A stretch of 64,000 bases of DNA, taken from assembly GCA_000092065.1 (NCBI GenBank), contig CP000588.1. One strand, 5' to 3'. Both the position numbers and the translations under genes were made by a program. Positions 46,782-57,253 of the stretch are shown piece after piece (the first letter of the stretch is position 1; each line of letters begins with the position of its first letter). The notes beneath the pieces are model-generated. The model ran no database searches and was not told the DNA's origin. It was given only the letters and a program-made list of their open reading frames with translations. This DNA is from Ostreococcus lucimarinus (Eukaryota).

Positions 46782-48839
46782 CTATTTCCTAAGCTTCGCA
46801 ACGACACGCAAAGACGCGGCGAGCTTCGCCACATCTTCAGACTTGGCCGAAAATTGAAGCGTCAAACCGTCGCACACGCCAGGCATCGCGAACACGACTT
46901 CACCTGACTTCTTTCGCAAGCACAAGATGACGCGTCCTGGTGCGATGCGCATCGCTCGTTTGCGCGTTTGCTCCGATAGTTCGTCCAAACTAATCGCCGA
47001 ACCGGACATCGTGAGAAGCGCATCCAGCTCCGTCGGCAGGCACGTCAGCCAATGCGAGGGAAGCTTTTCGTCGAGCAAGCTCCGAAGCGCGTCGACGCCA
47101 TCAATGGTGAGATTCAAGTCTTCTGTCTGGTCTTCCCACGTCGTGACAGCGTTATCGTCCCAAAAATCACCGTCGGAGGGTTCGAAGAGCACGACGCCGC
47201 CTCGCGCGAGTCGGACGCTTTCGGAGCACGTTCGATCCAAAATCGCGCTCGCCGTGACGCTCCCTACGTAAATTCGCCGACGAGAGGGATCGATGGAACA
47301 GAACGCTTTTGCACCGCAATAGCGTTCGCGAAGTGTCTTCGCGAGAGATTTGGACACACGATGCGCCGGAACGAGTCGATCGAGCGCGGCGTCTTTGTCC
47401 TCCGTCAAAGGTTTCGGCGGCGGTTTGCCAGCGGCCGCGGATGCGTCGCATCTCGCCACGAGTTCGCTTTCCACGAGCGCTGCGAACGCGCGACGAGTGC
47501 GCTCATCGTTCTTCCTTTTCAACTTTGCGACGAAAAATCCACCAGTGTTGTCATCGTGTGGCAAAAATCGCGCGCATAGCTCGAGCCTGAGCGCCTCTGC
47601 GTGAGCCGGCGCATCGAGCGGCCACATCGTCTTGACAAACTCGCTCGAGCTTTTACGAACGGCGTCGTCGAAACTGGCGAACCATTGAATCGAGACGTCC
47701 TCATCTTCGCTCGAAGCGTTGATGTGCTCGCCCACTTTCCACGAATACATCCCAGGCCGACCTTTCAGCGGTAAATCGAGCTCTTCGAGCTCGAGCGACA
47801 AATCTTGATCCATCAAAAGAGTCTGTACGACAGCCTCGTCCTCGATCGGGTTGAACGTGCACGTGGAGTACACCATGCTACCGCCGGGCTTGAGTAGTTG
47901 CGCGCACCGTCGCGCGACGGCGAGCTGCGTGGAATGAAGCGCGTTGCCTATTCCCGGATGCCAACGCACCAAGGCATCCGCATCCTTACGAATCGTTCCG
48001 TCGCCGCTGCACGGCACGTCCGCCAAGACGTGCGTGTATCCACCAATCGCGAGCAAAGCCGCGCGTCGCTTCGCATCGTCGTCCATGCCACAGATATTTT
48101 TCAGCGCGCGCTTTAGATCGCCTCCAGACACGAACAACGGAAAGTGTAAGTCCTGTCCAAACGATCGCGTCACGAAGAGCCCGGCGCGTTCGCAACCCGC
48201 CCGCGCGTGCCGATCGATCGCGTCGAGCAGCGTCCCTACTCTTCCGGGATGCGCATCGTTCGCGTGAACCACGCCCTCGCCTCCACTCGCGCCGTATCGC
48301 GCGCACTCGAGCAACTGCATCGTCTTTTGCCCCGGCGCGGCGCACACGTCCAAACATCTCGCCCCCGACGTCGCGCCGAGCGCGCGCACCGGCAGCGTGC
48401 TCACCACCTCCTGCCTCGACCCGAGCCCTCTGCTCGTGCCGAACGCAAACACATCTCCCACGTGTTCCGGCACCACCGGTCGGCCTCGCCTGTGCGTTCC
48501 CGTCGGATTCGCCGCTTCGTACACGCCGTGCGTCTCCTCCGCGTCGCCCCAGTCCCGCAGCGCCTCCAGCGCCTTCACGAGCGCCCTCTTCGCCGCGTCG
48601 CCCTCCCGCGCGCCGTGCACGCGGTACGTCGCCGGCAGCGGCGTCGCCAGCGCCTCCCACAGCGCCGCCGCGTCCACCGCGTCGCGCGTCACGCCCTGCG
48701 CGTCGTAATACCTTCGAAACAGCGTCTCCCCGCACGAAAACTTCCTGTGCGCGATCGCCGTCGCGCGATCGCGCGCGCCCGATCCGACCGCGCGCCGCAG
48801 CGCGTTGCGCCCGTCGTCGTCGCCGCGCGCGCGCTTCAT
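46782..48839 (-). CDS. NSUN2: NOL1/NOP2/Sun-family RNA (cytosine-5) methyltransferase, NSUN2/Trm4-type
   Basis: The track start at 48896 is GTG; the first ATG is at 48839 (MKRARGDDD). Motifs: [49 protein letters not shown] and [20 protein letters not shown] (the two catalytic Cys motifs). Confidence 0.8.
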   Translation of the reverse strand: MKRARGDDDGRNALRRAVGSGARDRATAIAHRKFSCGETLFRRYYDAQGVTRDAVDAAALWEALATPLPATYRVHGAREGDAAKRALVKALEALRDWGDAEETHGVYEAANPTGTHRRGRPVVPEHVGDVFAFGTSRGLGSRQEVVSTLPVRALGATSGARCLDVCAAPGQKTMQLLECARYGASGGEGVVHANDAHPGRVGTLLDAIDRHARAGCERAGLFVTRSFGQDLHFPLFVSGGDLKRALKNICGMDDDAKRRAALLAIGGYTHVLADVPCSGDGTIRKDADALVRWHPGIGNALHSTQLAVARRCAQLLKPGGSMVYSTCTFNPIEDEAVVQTLLMDQDLSLELEELDLPLKGRPGMYSWKVGEHINASSEDEDVSIQWFASFDDAVRKSSSEFVKTMWPLDAPAHAEALRLELCARFLPHDDNTGGFFVAKLKRKNDERTRRAFAALVESELVARCDASAAAGKPPPKPLTEDKDAALDRLVPAHRVSKSLAKTLRERYCGAKAFCSIDPSRRRIYVGSVTASAILDRTCSESVRLARGGVVLFEPSDGDFWDDNAVTTWEDQTEDLNLTIDGVDALRSLLDEKLPSHWLTCLPTELDALLTMSGSAISLDELSEQTRKRAMRIAPGRVILCLRKKSGEVVFAMPGVCDGLTLQFSAKSEDVAKLAASLRVVAKLRK

Positions 48840-48919
48840 CGCTCGCGTCGTCGCGCGTCGCGTCCCATCGCCGCGCTCTGCGGAGGTTTTCGCCACTCGA
48901 CGGCGCGACGGCGCGCGGG
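48840..48919. promoter_or_regulatory. 80-bp ATG-to-ATG spacer (NSUN2-like / bL34); presumed bidirectional promoter
   Basis: Divergent start codons at 48839 (-) and 48920 (+). Confidence 0.45.
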
Positions 48920-49525
48920 ATGCGGGCGATCGCGCGCGCGTCGACGCGCGCGTCGACGCGCGCGTCGACGCGCGGCGCGCTGTCGCGCGGCGCGCGCGCG
49001 ACGGGCGCGCGCGAGGACGGGGCGACGGCGAAGGACGACGACGACGGCGCGACGGCGACGCGCTGGAGCGCGACGACGCGCGACGCGCGCGAACGCGCGC
49101 TCGAAAGCGCGACCGCGGCGGCGATGCGCGCGCGCGCGTTCGTCGTGGACGGCTCGCTGGCGTCGCGAGGGATGTTTCTGGAGCTCGAGGCGGCGGCGGC
49201 GAGGGCGCGCGCGAACGCGAAGGCGAAGGCGAAGGCGACGGCGACGGAGACGGCGGGAACGGCGATGACGTTCGATGCGTATCGCTTGGCCGAACGCGTG
49301 CTGGAATTAGACGTCGCGATCGAAGCGCCGGGAGCGGTCGGTGTCGAGGTGGAGGAAGAGGAGGAGACGACGGAGGCGTGGCGGTGCGCGACGAAGCGCA
49401 CGTATCAGCCGAGCAACTTGGTGCGAAAGCGAAGGCACGGGTTTAGGGCGCGATTACGCACGGTGGGGGGGAGAAAGGTGCTGGCGCGGCGGCGAAGGAA
49501 AGGTAGAAAACGATTGTCGGCGTGA
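48920..49525 (+). CDS. Organellar ribosomal protein bL34 with an unusually long N-terminal extension
   Basis: ATG at 48920. The last ~45 residues, [44 protein letters not shown], match the bL34 consensus (KRTFQPSxxKRxRxHGFRxRMxTxxGRxVLxRRRxKGRKxL). About 155 preceding residues are Ala/Arg/Thr-rich and then acidic. Confidence 0.8.
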   Translation: MRAIARASTRASTRASTRGALSRGARATGAREDGATAKDDDDGATATRWSATTRDARERALESATAAAMRARAFVVDGSLASRGMFLELEAAAARARANAKAKAKATATETAGTAMTFDAYRLAERVLELDVAIEAPGAVGVEVEEEEETTEAWRCATKRTYQPSNLVRKRRHGFRARLRTVGGRKVLARRRRKGRKRLSA

Positions 49526-49588
49526 TTGCGTGATTTAATCATTAAAGTCGATCGAAAATAACAATCAAATCAAAGTCGCGCGCGGCGT

Positions 49589-52500
49589 CTAACCTCGCGA
49601 CGGCGCGGCCGCTGGGAATACGCGCGTCAGGCGGTAGACTTTCATCGAGACCTCGTTGATCTCGTGCGAACTAGCGCTCCATTTAAATGGGTTCATCATC
49701 TCAGTCGAAACGCGCACGATGCCGCACACGACAAACGTGAGCAAGCCCACGGGCACCGCCACCGCCACGCCGTACGAATGAATAAACGCGAGCGGCGACG
49801 TGAGCACAAAGACATAACAGAGCAAGTACACGGAGTACATGTAGAAGGGCGGGATCGGAGTGCTGACGATCGTTTCGCAGTTTGTCCACGCATCGAGGAT
49901 GCAGTCGATATCGTGGTAGATGCGGTAAAGTCTCTGTTCGTTGTTGACTTGACTCTTTGGGAGCGAACGCATCGCGCGCTTCAATTCGCCGCTGCACTTA
50001 CTGACACGAAACGCAGGCGCGATACCAGCGTAGGCGTTTCGCTGCTCTGCATTCATAAGATCTTTTGTCGATGGAGCGCCAAAGAAATCGTCATCGAGTA
50101 CGGTGTTGGGTGTCAACTCTTCCTTTGGTCGGAAAGTCGAGGGATATCCTACTCGAGACTCTCGAATCGATTGACGAGCGAAAGCCATGAGCGAGTTTAA
50201 CATGCTCAGCATCTTCGCGTGTGCCGCGCAATCTTCGTCAGTTTCAGACGATTGAAATGCAGTGTTCAGTTCAATGACCAAGTCTCTCCCGTAATCGATC
50301 AAGTTGTCCAAATATTCACGAGCGGTGTAGTAGCGCGTGTACGTCAAATTCAGCAAATGGGCGATGCAAAAGCCCAACACTGGGACGGCGATAGTATGAC
50401 CTTCGGGCGTGATCAATGTCTTGCATTGTCCGGTGGTGTAAAGCTCATCTTTGTCACAGACGGCTTCGGATAGGAAGTACAAGCCCATGGCGGCGGCGCA
50501 AGCGGCAAATATGAAAGGAAGCGTCGGCAAGATGAGCGTCCCACGTAGAGACACGAACTCGGTGAAAATACCAAATTTGCCACTCCTGAAGCTTCGTTGC
50601 TTCGGGAACGTCCACCCGGCCGGCATTTCGCGATCATAAGTCCAAGCAGGAGCGACCGCAGTCTGATCGACTTTTTGTCTCACTTCTTCGTAGCACTCCT
50701 TCCCAACGTCTAGGCGTTTTTCCTCGACTCGCTTCACCAAGAGAGAGATTTCCGCTTTGAGCTCATCGCTTTCTGCCAAGCTTTCGTGCGTGTGCGCACA
50801 AGATTTCCACAGAGATTGGCCCATTACGATTAAATCGTTTGAGCACATGACATCGCGCGTGAAAGGCTCTTCAAGGAGACCGGCTATGTCGATCATTCCA
50901 TACAGTGTCAAGGCAAGAATGCCGAGCGGTAGCCACGTCATGTACGTGAAGGCCACGACGATGACGCTTGCGGTCGCAAACATCCACAAAAAGAGTACAA
51001 TGTTGATCAAATGTTTCAACGAGTATGGTGCTCTCGTGTTCCTTGCGCGGGTACAACGAGAAAACGCGTGCAGAGCGGTTTGCATGCTATTCGCCATCAT
51101 CGCTGCCCCACGATTAGTTATGCATCCAGAGCTTCGGGCGGTCTCTACTTCCGCAAGAAGACGAGCGGCGATCGTAGCGACGCGTTCTTCTGAAGACGCG
51201 TCGAACAGTTTGAGGAAACTATTTTTGCCTTCTTCATCGAGAAGCGCACCCAGTAGTGATTCAGCGTCTTCATCGTAAAAGAGAGTGTGGGCGTCGCTCA
51301 GTTTCGTTTTCGTCTCGCCGTGGGCGAGATCCTTATTCAAGCTCTGACGCATGCTTGCAAAAAGTGCACAGCTCAAACGAAGAACTGCATATCGAGCTTT
51401 GCGAACAGCTTTAGCGGAGTTATCTTTGATTGGCTTCCCCGCCCTAGAAAGCTCGCGCAAGTGCGCGCAGGCTTGGATGTTGAGCGTGTACAACGAGTAC
51501 AGGAGATCGTAAATCCCCGTCTTTGCCTCGTAAAATACTCGAAACGCAAAGAAGAATCGATAGACAACCGCAAACATTGTCATACGTCCAATTATAGAAA
51601 CAGCTGCGGGCGCAAACACGACGTCGCACATCCTGTGGTCCGTAACGTCGTCGCCACAAAACTCAAGTTTGTAAAACTGCGCGCCAACGCCTATGAACAT
51701 CATGACGAACATCATCGGCCAAATATGTGGGAATACGGTGTTTCTCAATCGAAACAAGTACGAAAAGTACGACGAAGTCGAATCCACGCCACGTTGACGT
51801 CGTACTGCCTCCCAAACTGTGAGATCTCTCAGGGCTTTGGGGGCGGCCGCGCCGCTCAGAACGAGAGCATCCACGCCCGAGTGTGTTGTTTCTTCAGCAT
51901 CGCCGACGGCGCGCGCACATTTTTCATGAATGGCGATAGTCTCAGTGTACAGTGCCCAGCCAACTTTCGTTAAGTCGTGTTTAGGATCTTCCCAGCCGAA
52001 AGGATCAGCCAACAAACTCCCCAGCTCTGCGATTCCAAATAGCGATAGAGTCACCAACATTGACGGCACGACGGCGAGCCATTTGTACGAGGTGATGAAC
52101 ACAAACGGAGAAGAAAGTGCGAAGAAGAAGACGACAAAGTTCATCAAATGGATGAAAGCAAAAGGCATCGAGCTTGAGACGATTCGTTCAATATCAGCGA
52201 CCGCATTCACGCACGCCTCTATTCGACCGAGCATCTCGAATGCGCTGCGTTCGGAGATGTGTCCGAGGCGACGGCGTTCGTCAATGATGGCGATCATCTT
52301 CGACGCGCAGCACCCAACTCGCGCTCTATAATCACATTTTAAATAGCGAGCTTTTTCAGCATCTGTGAGCATAACCGATAGTGACGGCCAGCCTCGAGGA
52401 TCATCAATCATCTCTTCATCGGTAGGCGACAACTTCTTCAACGTGAAAGGCTCGACGCCGTGGCGACGCTCACGAACGGCTTGCCGCATGAACGCCATAA

Positions 52501-55375
52501 GCACGCATGATAACCGACGAATCTCCGTGACATCATCGTTAATTTCTTGCTCCAGCTCAGGAGATGATCTCCGATTCAGAGATCGCATCATCGTGCACGC
52601 ACCAAGGTTGAGACAACGCAAGCTGTTCACCATCACGCCAACCAAGCCTTTGCCGTCGTAATATCGCGAGTAAGAGAACATAAGCCTGAAAACGAGGGTG
52701 AAGCCGATTATAGAACCGCTCATAACGTGTGCTTTGTCATCAAACGTGAAACTGCATTGCGTCACATTCGAAACCGAACTCCCACACCAATGAATTTTCA
52801 AGAAGTTTGCGAGTACGGATACTGCGCCAGTCAATGCAATTTGAAGCGCAATCTGCGGCACGACTGTGTTTCGCACGTGAAACACGCATGAGACGAAAGA
52901 CCAACCCGTGCGTAGCGCCTGCATGTTCTTTATGGCACCTGTTTTAAATTCTTTCTCGTAGTTTGAGATATTCTTGACGCGGATGGAAGGTGCCGCCAGG
53001 AGTGACTTTTTACTCCGGTTTGCGCCGAGGCTCTCCCTGTAGAGGCCGCCAGCTGTGCTCAAATGATCGCCCAGAATCTTGGCTTCATCCATGAGTTTCA
53101 CCCATGTATCGTCACTGCCTCGCATCTTCATCGCGAACGCACCAAGTCGTTCATGACGAGTAAACATGCGCGAACCCATTCCGCTCAGATCGTGGCGCGG
53201 ACCGGTCCAACTGAACGGCTCCATCATACTTGTGGAAGTCTCGGCGATACCATAAAACGCGAGTGCGACGAGTATCACTGGCACGCTCGTGATCCACTGG
53301 TAGCTCACACTCAAAACAAACGGCATAGTGAAGACATAGAAGAATAGTAAAACTTGCAGCAAGTGTCGAAAACGGTTCGGCACCGGCGTCGACACGACTC
53401 GCATCAAGCCTTGCATCGCCTGCAGCGAGTTGCATACTTTTCGGTAGGCCTCAGCGCTAAAGCGCTCAGTCATAGCGCCTGATCGACCGTATTCTTCAAA
53501 AATTGCGTTTAGTCTCATCCCTACCCACGTCGGGAACGCATGCACGGGTAGAGATTTCAATTCAGGGTGCTCCGATTCTCGAACCAAATCGCAGAGTTTA
53601 CACGCGCCGCCAAACTTGTCCATCGTTAAAATATCATCGAGCTTGACTGTATTTCCCGATGGATCACGACTTATAAGCTCTCGCACGGCGATTCTCGCGA
53701 AGCCATACATGACGTTCGACAAACGCTGCACTTCTCTTGCGTCCGCTTCGACCGCACTCAGGTCGTCATTTTTTGCCGTCGTGAAAATCGCCGAGCACGC
53801 CGTCAACGAACGCAGACTGTTCTGCATACTGACAACCAACTTTTTGGAAGAAATGAAACGCTCGTACCCCCAATCAGTGTTAATGACGAGTAAGAGCGAA
53901 ATAGGCATCGCCAGTATACGATGGGCAGAGAGATCAAACGTCACAAGGCACTGCGACGAGTCAGTGACGTTCCAACCGCACACGAGTATCTTCAGCAACT
54001 GCGCGCCGATACCGACGACGGCCGCGAGGCCAATTTGACGGCCGATGTGAGGAAGCGTAGTCTTTTCCCAAGCAAAGCAATCGATCACGAACCAAAACGG
54101 ATTGCGCCATCTCCGGTAATTCATTGAATCTACCGATAGCGGTTCGTCGTCCACGTCGATGCCGACTACGTCTTTGCTCATCTTGAACGCATCCATCTCC
54201 CGTTCGATTCTTCGAGCTATGACATTCAGGGGGTGAGCCGGAAGCACCCATTTGAATGGATCTTCCAGTGTGCTCGCAATCTCATTGACGCCGTAAAATA
54301 ACCACGCAAGTGTCGCGCTCACGAGCGGCGTTCGCCAATCCATGAGCGAACTGAGCGCAAACGGCGCGGAGAAGATGAACGCGAATAGCAACACCGTCAC
54401 GGTATGAGAGTACTGTTTCGGTGTCGGTGTTTCGATTATCAGCATAGCCTGTCGATAAGCGTCGAGCGCGCGTTGAGACTCGCGAAATGCCTCCATCGCG
54501 GCGCGTTCGCTCAAAACGCCCGCGCGGTGCATGGTTTCGATGCGAGTCAGCGCGTCAATCATAACCGCATCCGGACGATTCTCGACCGCCAACTTCGCGT
54601 ACTCTGTACGTTCGTCACGTTTAGTGAGATTGGAAACGTTCGGAGTGCCGTCGTCATCGCGGTGGAGCAAAGACTCGGTCGAAACGTCGCGCTTGCCGCC
54701 GCGAACGCCGGCGTCGACGACGCCGAATCGCGATTCGCGCAAAGCTTGTCGCATGAACGCGAACGTCAAGTTGCACAATCGACGAATTTCACTCTGAAGC
54801 TCTTCTATCGTCGTCGGCGTATGGTGATCTTTGCTCGAAAACATGGACGCGATCGACCCCGACGCCGGTTCCCGCGCCTCGACGTCCGTCACCGAGGCGA
54901 GATTTCGCAGCGCGTCCTTCACGTCAATCATCGCGAATTTCCCATCCTCGAACCGCCTAAACGCCTGCACCGCGCGAAACACCAGCAAGAACGACAGCAC
55001 CGCCGACACCGCGTAGTGCGCTTCGATCGTAAAAGCGTACCGACACGTCGTCGAGTACCGCTGCGTCTCGTCGCACGCCGACAGTTTCAACCACTGCGCG
55101 CCCGCGCCGACCACTCCCGCCAGCGCGATCTGCGGCGTCACCCTCGACACGCACGCCATCCAGAGCGACACCAAAAACCCGAGCCTCCGCTCGAGATCTC
55201 GCGCGTCGCGCGCGCGTCGCGTCGCCGTCGCGCCCTTCCCGCGTTCGCCCCCTTCCTCGCGCGTCTCGCCGCGTCCAATCCATCGCGTCGTCGCCTCCCC
55301 GTCCCGCGTCGTCGTCGTCGCCGGCGCCGCGTCCCGCACCGCGTCGCGCGCCTCGCCCTCGCGTCCCGTCACCAT
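49589..55375 (-). CDS. Giant membrane protein with five tandem bestrophin/UPF0187-like (anion channel) units in one ORF
   Basis: The track start at 55444 is TTG; the first ATG is at 55375. There is no stop for 5.8 kb. Approximate unit coordinates are 54191-55183, 53150-54112, 51920-52912, 50795-51781 and 49625-50602. Each unit carries three blocks: the FR-x-x-x-(F/Y)-x-R-(F/Y) helix, the (S/T)-P-x-P helix, and the (E/D/N)PF...(D/H)L block. These are the blocks I know from E. coli YneE (FLGFRNSASYSRFVEAR; TTPVPFAYT; LEDPFG..NDLPL). Confidence 0.8.
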   Translation of the reverse strand: MVTGREGEARDAVRDAAPATTTTRDGEATTRWIGRGETREEGGERGKGATATRRARDARDLERRLGFLVSLWMACVSRVTPQIALAGVVGAGAQWLKLSACDETQRYSTTCRYAFTIEAHYAVSAVLSFLLVFRAVQAFRRFEDGKFAMIDVKDALRNLASVTDVEAREPASGSIASMFSSKDHHTPTTIEELQSEIRRLCNLTFAFMRQALRESRFGVVDAGVRGGKRDVSTESLLHRDDDGTPNVSNLTKRDERTEYAKLAVENRPDAVMIDALTRIETMHRAGVLSERAAMEAFRESQRALDAYRQAMLIIETPTPKQYSHTVTVLLFAFIFSAPFALSSLMDWRTPLVSATLAWLFYGVNEIASTLEDPFKWVLPAHPLNVIARRIEREMDAFKMSKDVVGIDVDDEPLSVDSMNYRRWRNPFWFVIDCFAWEKTTLPHIGRQIGLAAVVGIGAQLLKILVCGWNVTDSSQCLVTFDLSAHRILAMPISLLLVINTDWGYERFISSKKLVVSMQNSLRSLTACSAIFTTAKNDDLSAVEADAREVQRLSNVMYGFARIAVRELISRDPSGNTVKLDDILTMDKFGGACKLCDLVRESEHPELKSLPVHAFPTWVGMRLNAIFEEYGRSGAMTERFSAEAYRKVCNSLQAMQGLMRVVSTPVPNRFRHLLQVLLFFYVFTMPFVLSVSYQWITSVPVILVALAFYGIAETSTSMMEPFSWTGPRHDLSGMGSRMFTRHERLGAFAMKMRGSDDTWVKLMDEAKILGDHLSTAGGLYRESLGANRSKKSLLAAPSIRVKNISNYEKEFKTGAIKNMQALRTGWSFVSCVFHVRNTVVPQIALQIALTGAVSVLANFLKIHWCGSSVSNVTQCSFTFDDKAHVMSGSIIGFTLVFRLMFSYSRYYDGKGLVGVMVNSLRCLNLGACTMMRSLNRRSSPELEQEINDDVTEIRRLSCVLMAFMRQAVRERRHGVEPFTLKKLSPTDEEMIDDPRGWPSLSVMLTDAEKARYLKCDYRARVGCCASKMIAIIDERRRLGHISERSAFEMLGRIEACVNAVADIERIVSSSMPFAFIHLMNFVVFFFALSSPFVFITSYKWLAVVPSMLVTLSLFGIAELGSLLADPFGWEDPKHDLTKVGWALYTETIAIHEKCARAVGDAEETTHSGVDALVLSGAAAPKALRDLTVWEAVRRQRGVDSTSSYFSYLFRLRNTVFPHIWPMMFVMMFIGVGAQFYKLEFCGDDVTDHRMCDVVFAPAAVSIIGRMTMFAVVYRFFFAFRVFYEAKTGIYDLLYSLYTLNIQACAHLRELSRAGKPIKDNSAKAVRKARYAVLRLSCALFASMRQSLNKDLAHGETKTKLSDAHTLFYDEDAESLLGALLDEEGKNSFLKLFDASSEERVATIAARLLAEVETARSSGCITNRGAAMMANSMQTALHAFSRCTRARNTRAPYSLKHLINIVLFLWMFATASVIVVAFTYMTWLPLGILALTLYGMIDIAGLLEEPFTRDVMCSNDLIVMGQSLWKSCAHTHESLAESDELKAEISLLVKRVEEKRLDVGKECYEEVRQKVDQTAVAPAWTYDREMPAGWTFPKQRSFRSGKFGIFTEFVSLRGTLILPTLPFIFAACAAAMGLYFLSEAVCDKDELYTTGQCKTLITPEGHTIAVPVLGFCIAHLLNLTYTRYYTAREYLDNLIDYGRDLVIELNTAFQSSETDEDCAAHAKMLSMLNSLMAFARQSIRESRVGYPSTFRPKEELTPNTVLDDDFFGAPSTKDLMNAEQRNAYAGIAPAFRVSKCSGELKRAMRSLPKSQVNNEQRLYRIYHDIDCILDAWTNCETIVSTPIPPFYMYSVYLLCYVFVLTSPLAFIHSYGVAVAVPVGLLTFVVCGIVRVSTEMMNPFKWSASSHEINEVSMKVYRLTRVFPAAAPSRG

Positions 55376-55670
55376 CGCGATTCGCGTCGTCTCGACGCCG
55401 CGCGTCGTCGCGCGACGTCGACGTTCGTTACCGCGAACGAACAATCACGCGCGACGCGCGCGATCGTCCGCGCGCGCGTCCGCGCGCGTCGTCCGCGCGC
55501 CCTCGCGCGCGCGTTCGACGCGTCGAATTTTGCTTCGCCCGCGTCGCCGTCGCGACGCGCGTCGTCGCCGTCGCCGCGATGTGCCGCGGCGTCGTTCGCG
55601 CGTCGCGACGGCGCGGGCGTTACGGCGCGCGCGTCGGGAGACGAGCGGACGCGACAGCGCGCCGCGCGCG

Positions 55671-55857
55671 ATGCCCGCGCGCGCGCCGACGCGCGACGGG
55701 AAATTCGCGCGATCGCGCGGCGCGTACACCGCGCGCCGGCGCGCGGCGACGCTCGAGCGACAGCGCGCGGCGAAGCGCGACGCGCTCGCCGTCGCGCGCG
55801 CCGTCGCGCGCGTCGCGACGCGACGCGACGGCGCGACGCGCGACGCGCGCGGTGCGC

Positions 55858-55897
<40 letters not shown>

Positions 55898-57083
55898 CGA
55901 TGGCCGCGGCGCGACGGACGCGGCGCGCGACGACGACGCGAGAGACGCGAGAGACGACGAAGACGCGAGAGACGACGCGAGAGACGACGCGGACGTCGTC
56001 GCGCAGCCGGAGTGGATGTGGGACGACGCGCCGGATGATTTTCGCGAGCGGTGGTACGCGCGCGCGCGACCGCGCGGGACGCGGTGCGTGGTGGTGGCGA
56101 CGCGGGGACGAACGACGGCGCGGAGCGCGCGGGACGGGACGACGCTGCGGACGTTTCAATCGGGATTGCCGGGAGGGAGCGCGCGGACGAGTCGAGGGCG
56201 GAGCGGGGAGTGCTTTTGCATACTCGATTGCGTGTTCGCGGAGGATGAGCGGGCGAGGAATGAGACGGGCGGGCGAGGGAAGGAGGCGGCGACGGCGAAC
56301 GCGCGAGGCGCGTATCACGTGTTGGACGTCATGGCTTGGAACGGGGCGGCGATGTACGATTGCGACGCGGAGTTTCGGTTTTTCTGGGCGCACACGCGAT
56401 TGACGGAGGAGTGCGACGCGTGTGAGGCGCCGAACGCGGCGCTGGGGAGAGACTTCGCGTTCGTCCCGACGCCGTGGTACGAGTGCGACGTCGACGGCGT
56501 CTCGAGAGCGTACGCGGGAGATATCGGTACCGAGATCGATGGGTTGCTGTTTTACCACAAAGAGGCGGCGTACGAAAATGGCGCGACGCCGCTCGTGTTG
56601 GCGTGGCGCGATGCGAAGACGTCGGCGTTTTTCACGCGCGACGAAGGCGCGGCGACGGTGCTCTCGCGCGCGGGCGTCGTCCTCCCGGGAGACCCCACCG
56701 CGGCGCAAATCATCACCTTGACGAAGTCGAGCGACGGAAGATTCTTCGTCACCGGTGACGATGAGCCAATGGTCATCGCCGCCGTGGATGCGGTACCGCG
56801 GGCGTCGGAGAAAGTCGCCGCGCCCGCGACGCTCGAGCCGGGCCGCTCGGGCCGTTTTCTCGTCGGTCCGTCGGGATTCGACGTCGACGTCGAAACCGCG
56901 CACGTGCGAAGCGCTGACTTGCACTATCTCGGTCCGAAACCACCGAAGCGACGCGGTGTCGATCGCGCGGACGCGCTTTCGAAGATCCTCTTCAACGCTC
57001 GAGCGCGAACGGCGCCGCTCGGCATCGACGCTCTGTTGTCCGCCGCCGCCGCGGACGCCCCCATGACCGATCACGCGCGTTGA
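55671..57083 (+). CDS. SNUPN: Snurportin-1-like m3G-cap snRNP import adaptor
   Basis: The track start at 55530 is TTG; the first ATG is at 55671. IBB-like N-terminus: YTARRRAATLERQRAAKRDAL. Cap-binding domain colinear with human SPN1: WMWDDAPDDFRERWYARARPRGTRCVVVATRGRT, FQSGLPGG, CILDCVF, YHVLDVMAWNGAAMYDCDAEFRFFWAHTRL, EIDGLLFYHKEAAYENGATPLVLAWRD. Confidence 0.75.
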
Positions 57084-57253
57084 ACACGTCGACGATCCGA
57101 CACAGTCGTACTAGTTTTAGCTTGTCATCGCTAGCGTTCATCTTAGGGAAACGTCGCGCTCGCGTCGCCTTCTGCAAAACTCGTCGCGCTCGCGTCCCGC
57201 TCGCGCTCCCGCGAACGCCTCTCCCGCGCGCGTCGCCGCACTTCGCCGCGCCC

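Noticed and set aside
47986-49401. 471-aa minus-strand ORF spanning the NSUN2 5' end and the bL34 gene
   Set aside because: It is an alternate-frame or antisense shadow of two recognisable genes. Its composition (R/A/G/S) is typical of GC-driven ORFs and it has no motifs.
54404-57074. Long R-rich ORFs 54404..56038 (+) and 55620..57074 (-)
   Set aside because: They are shadows of the bestrophin-array 5' end and of snurportin. Poly-Arg/Ala strings arise from the GCG/CGC-rich sequence, and their starts are not supported by any domain.
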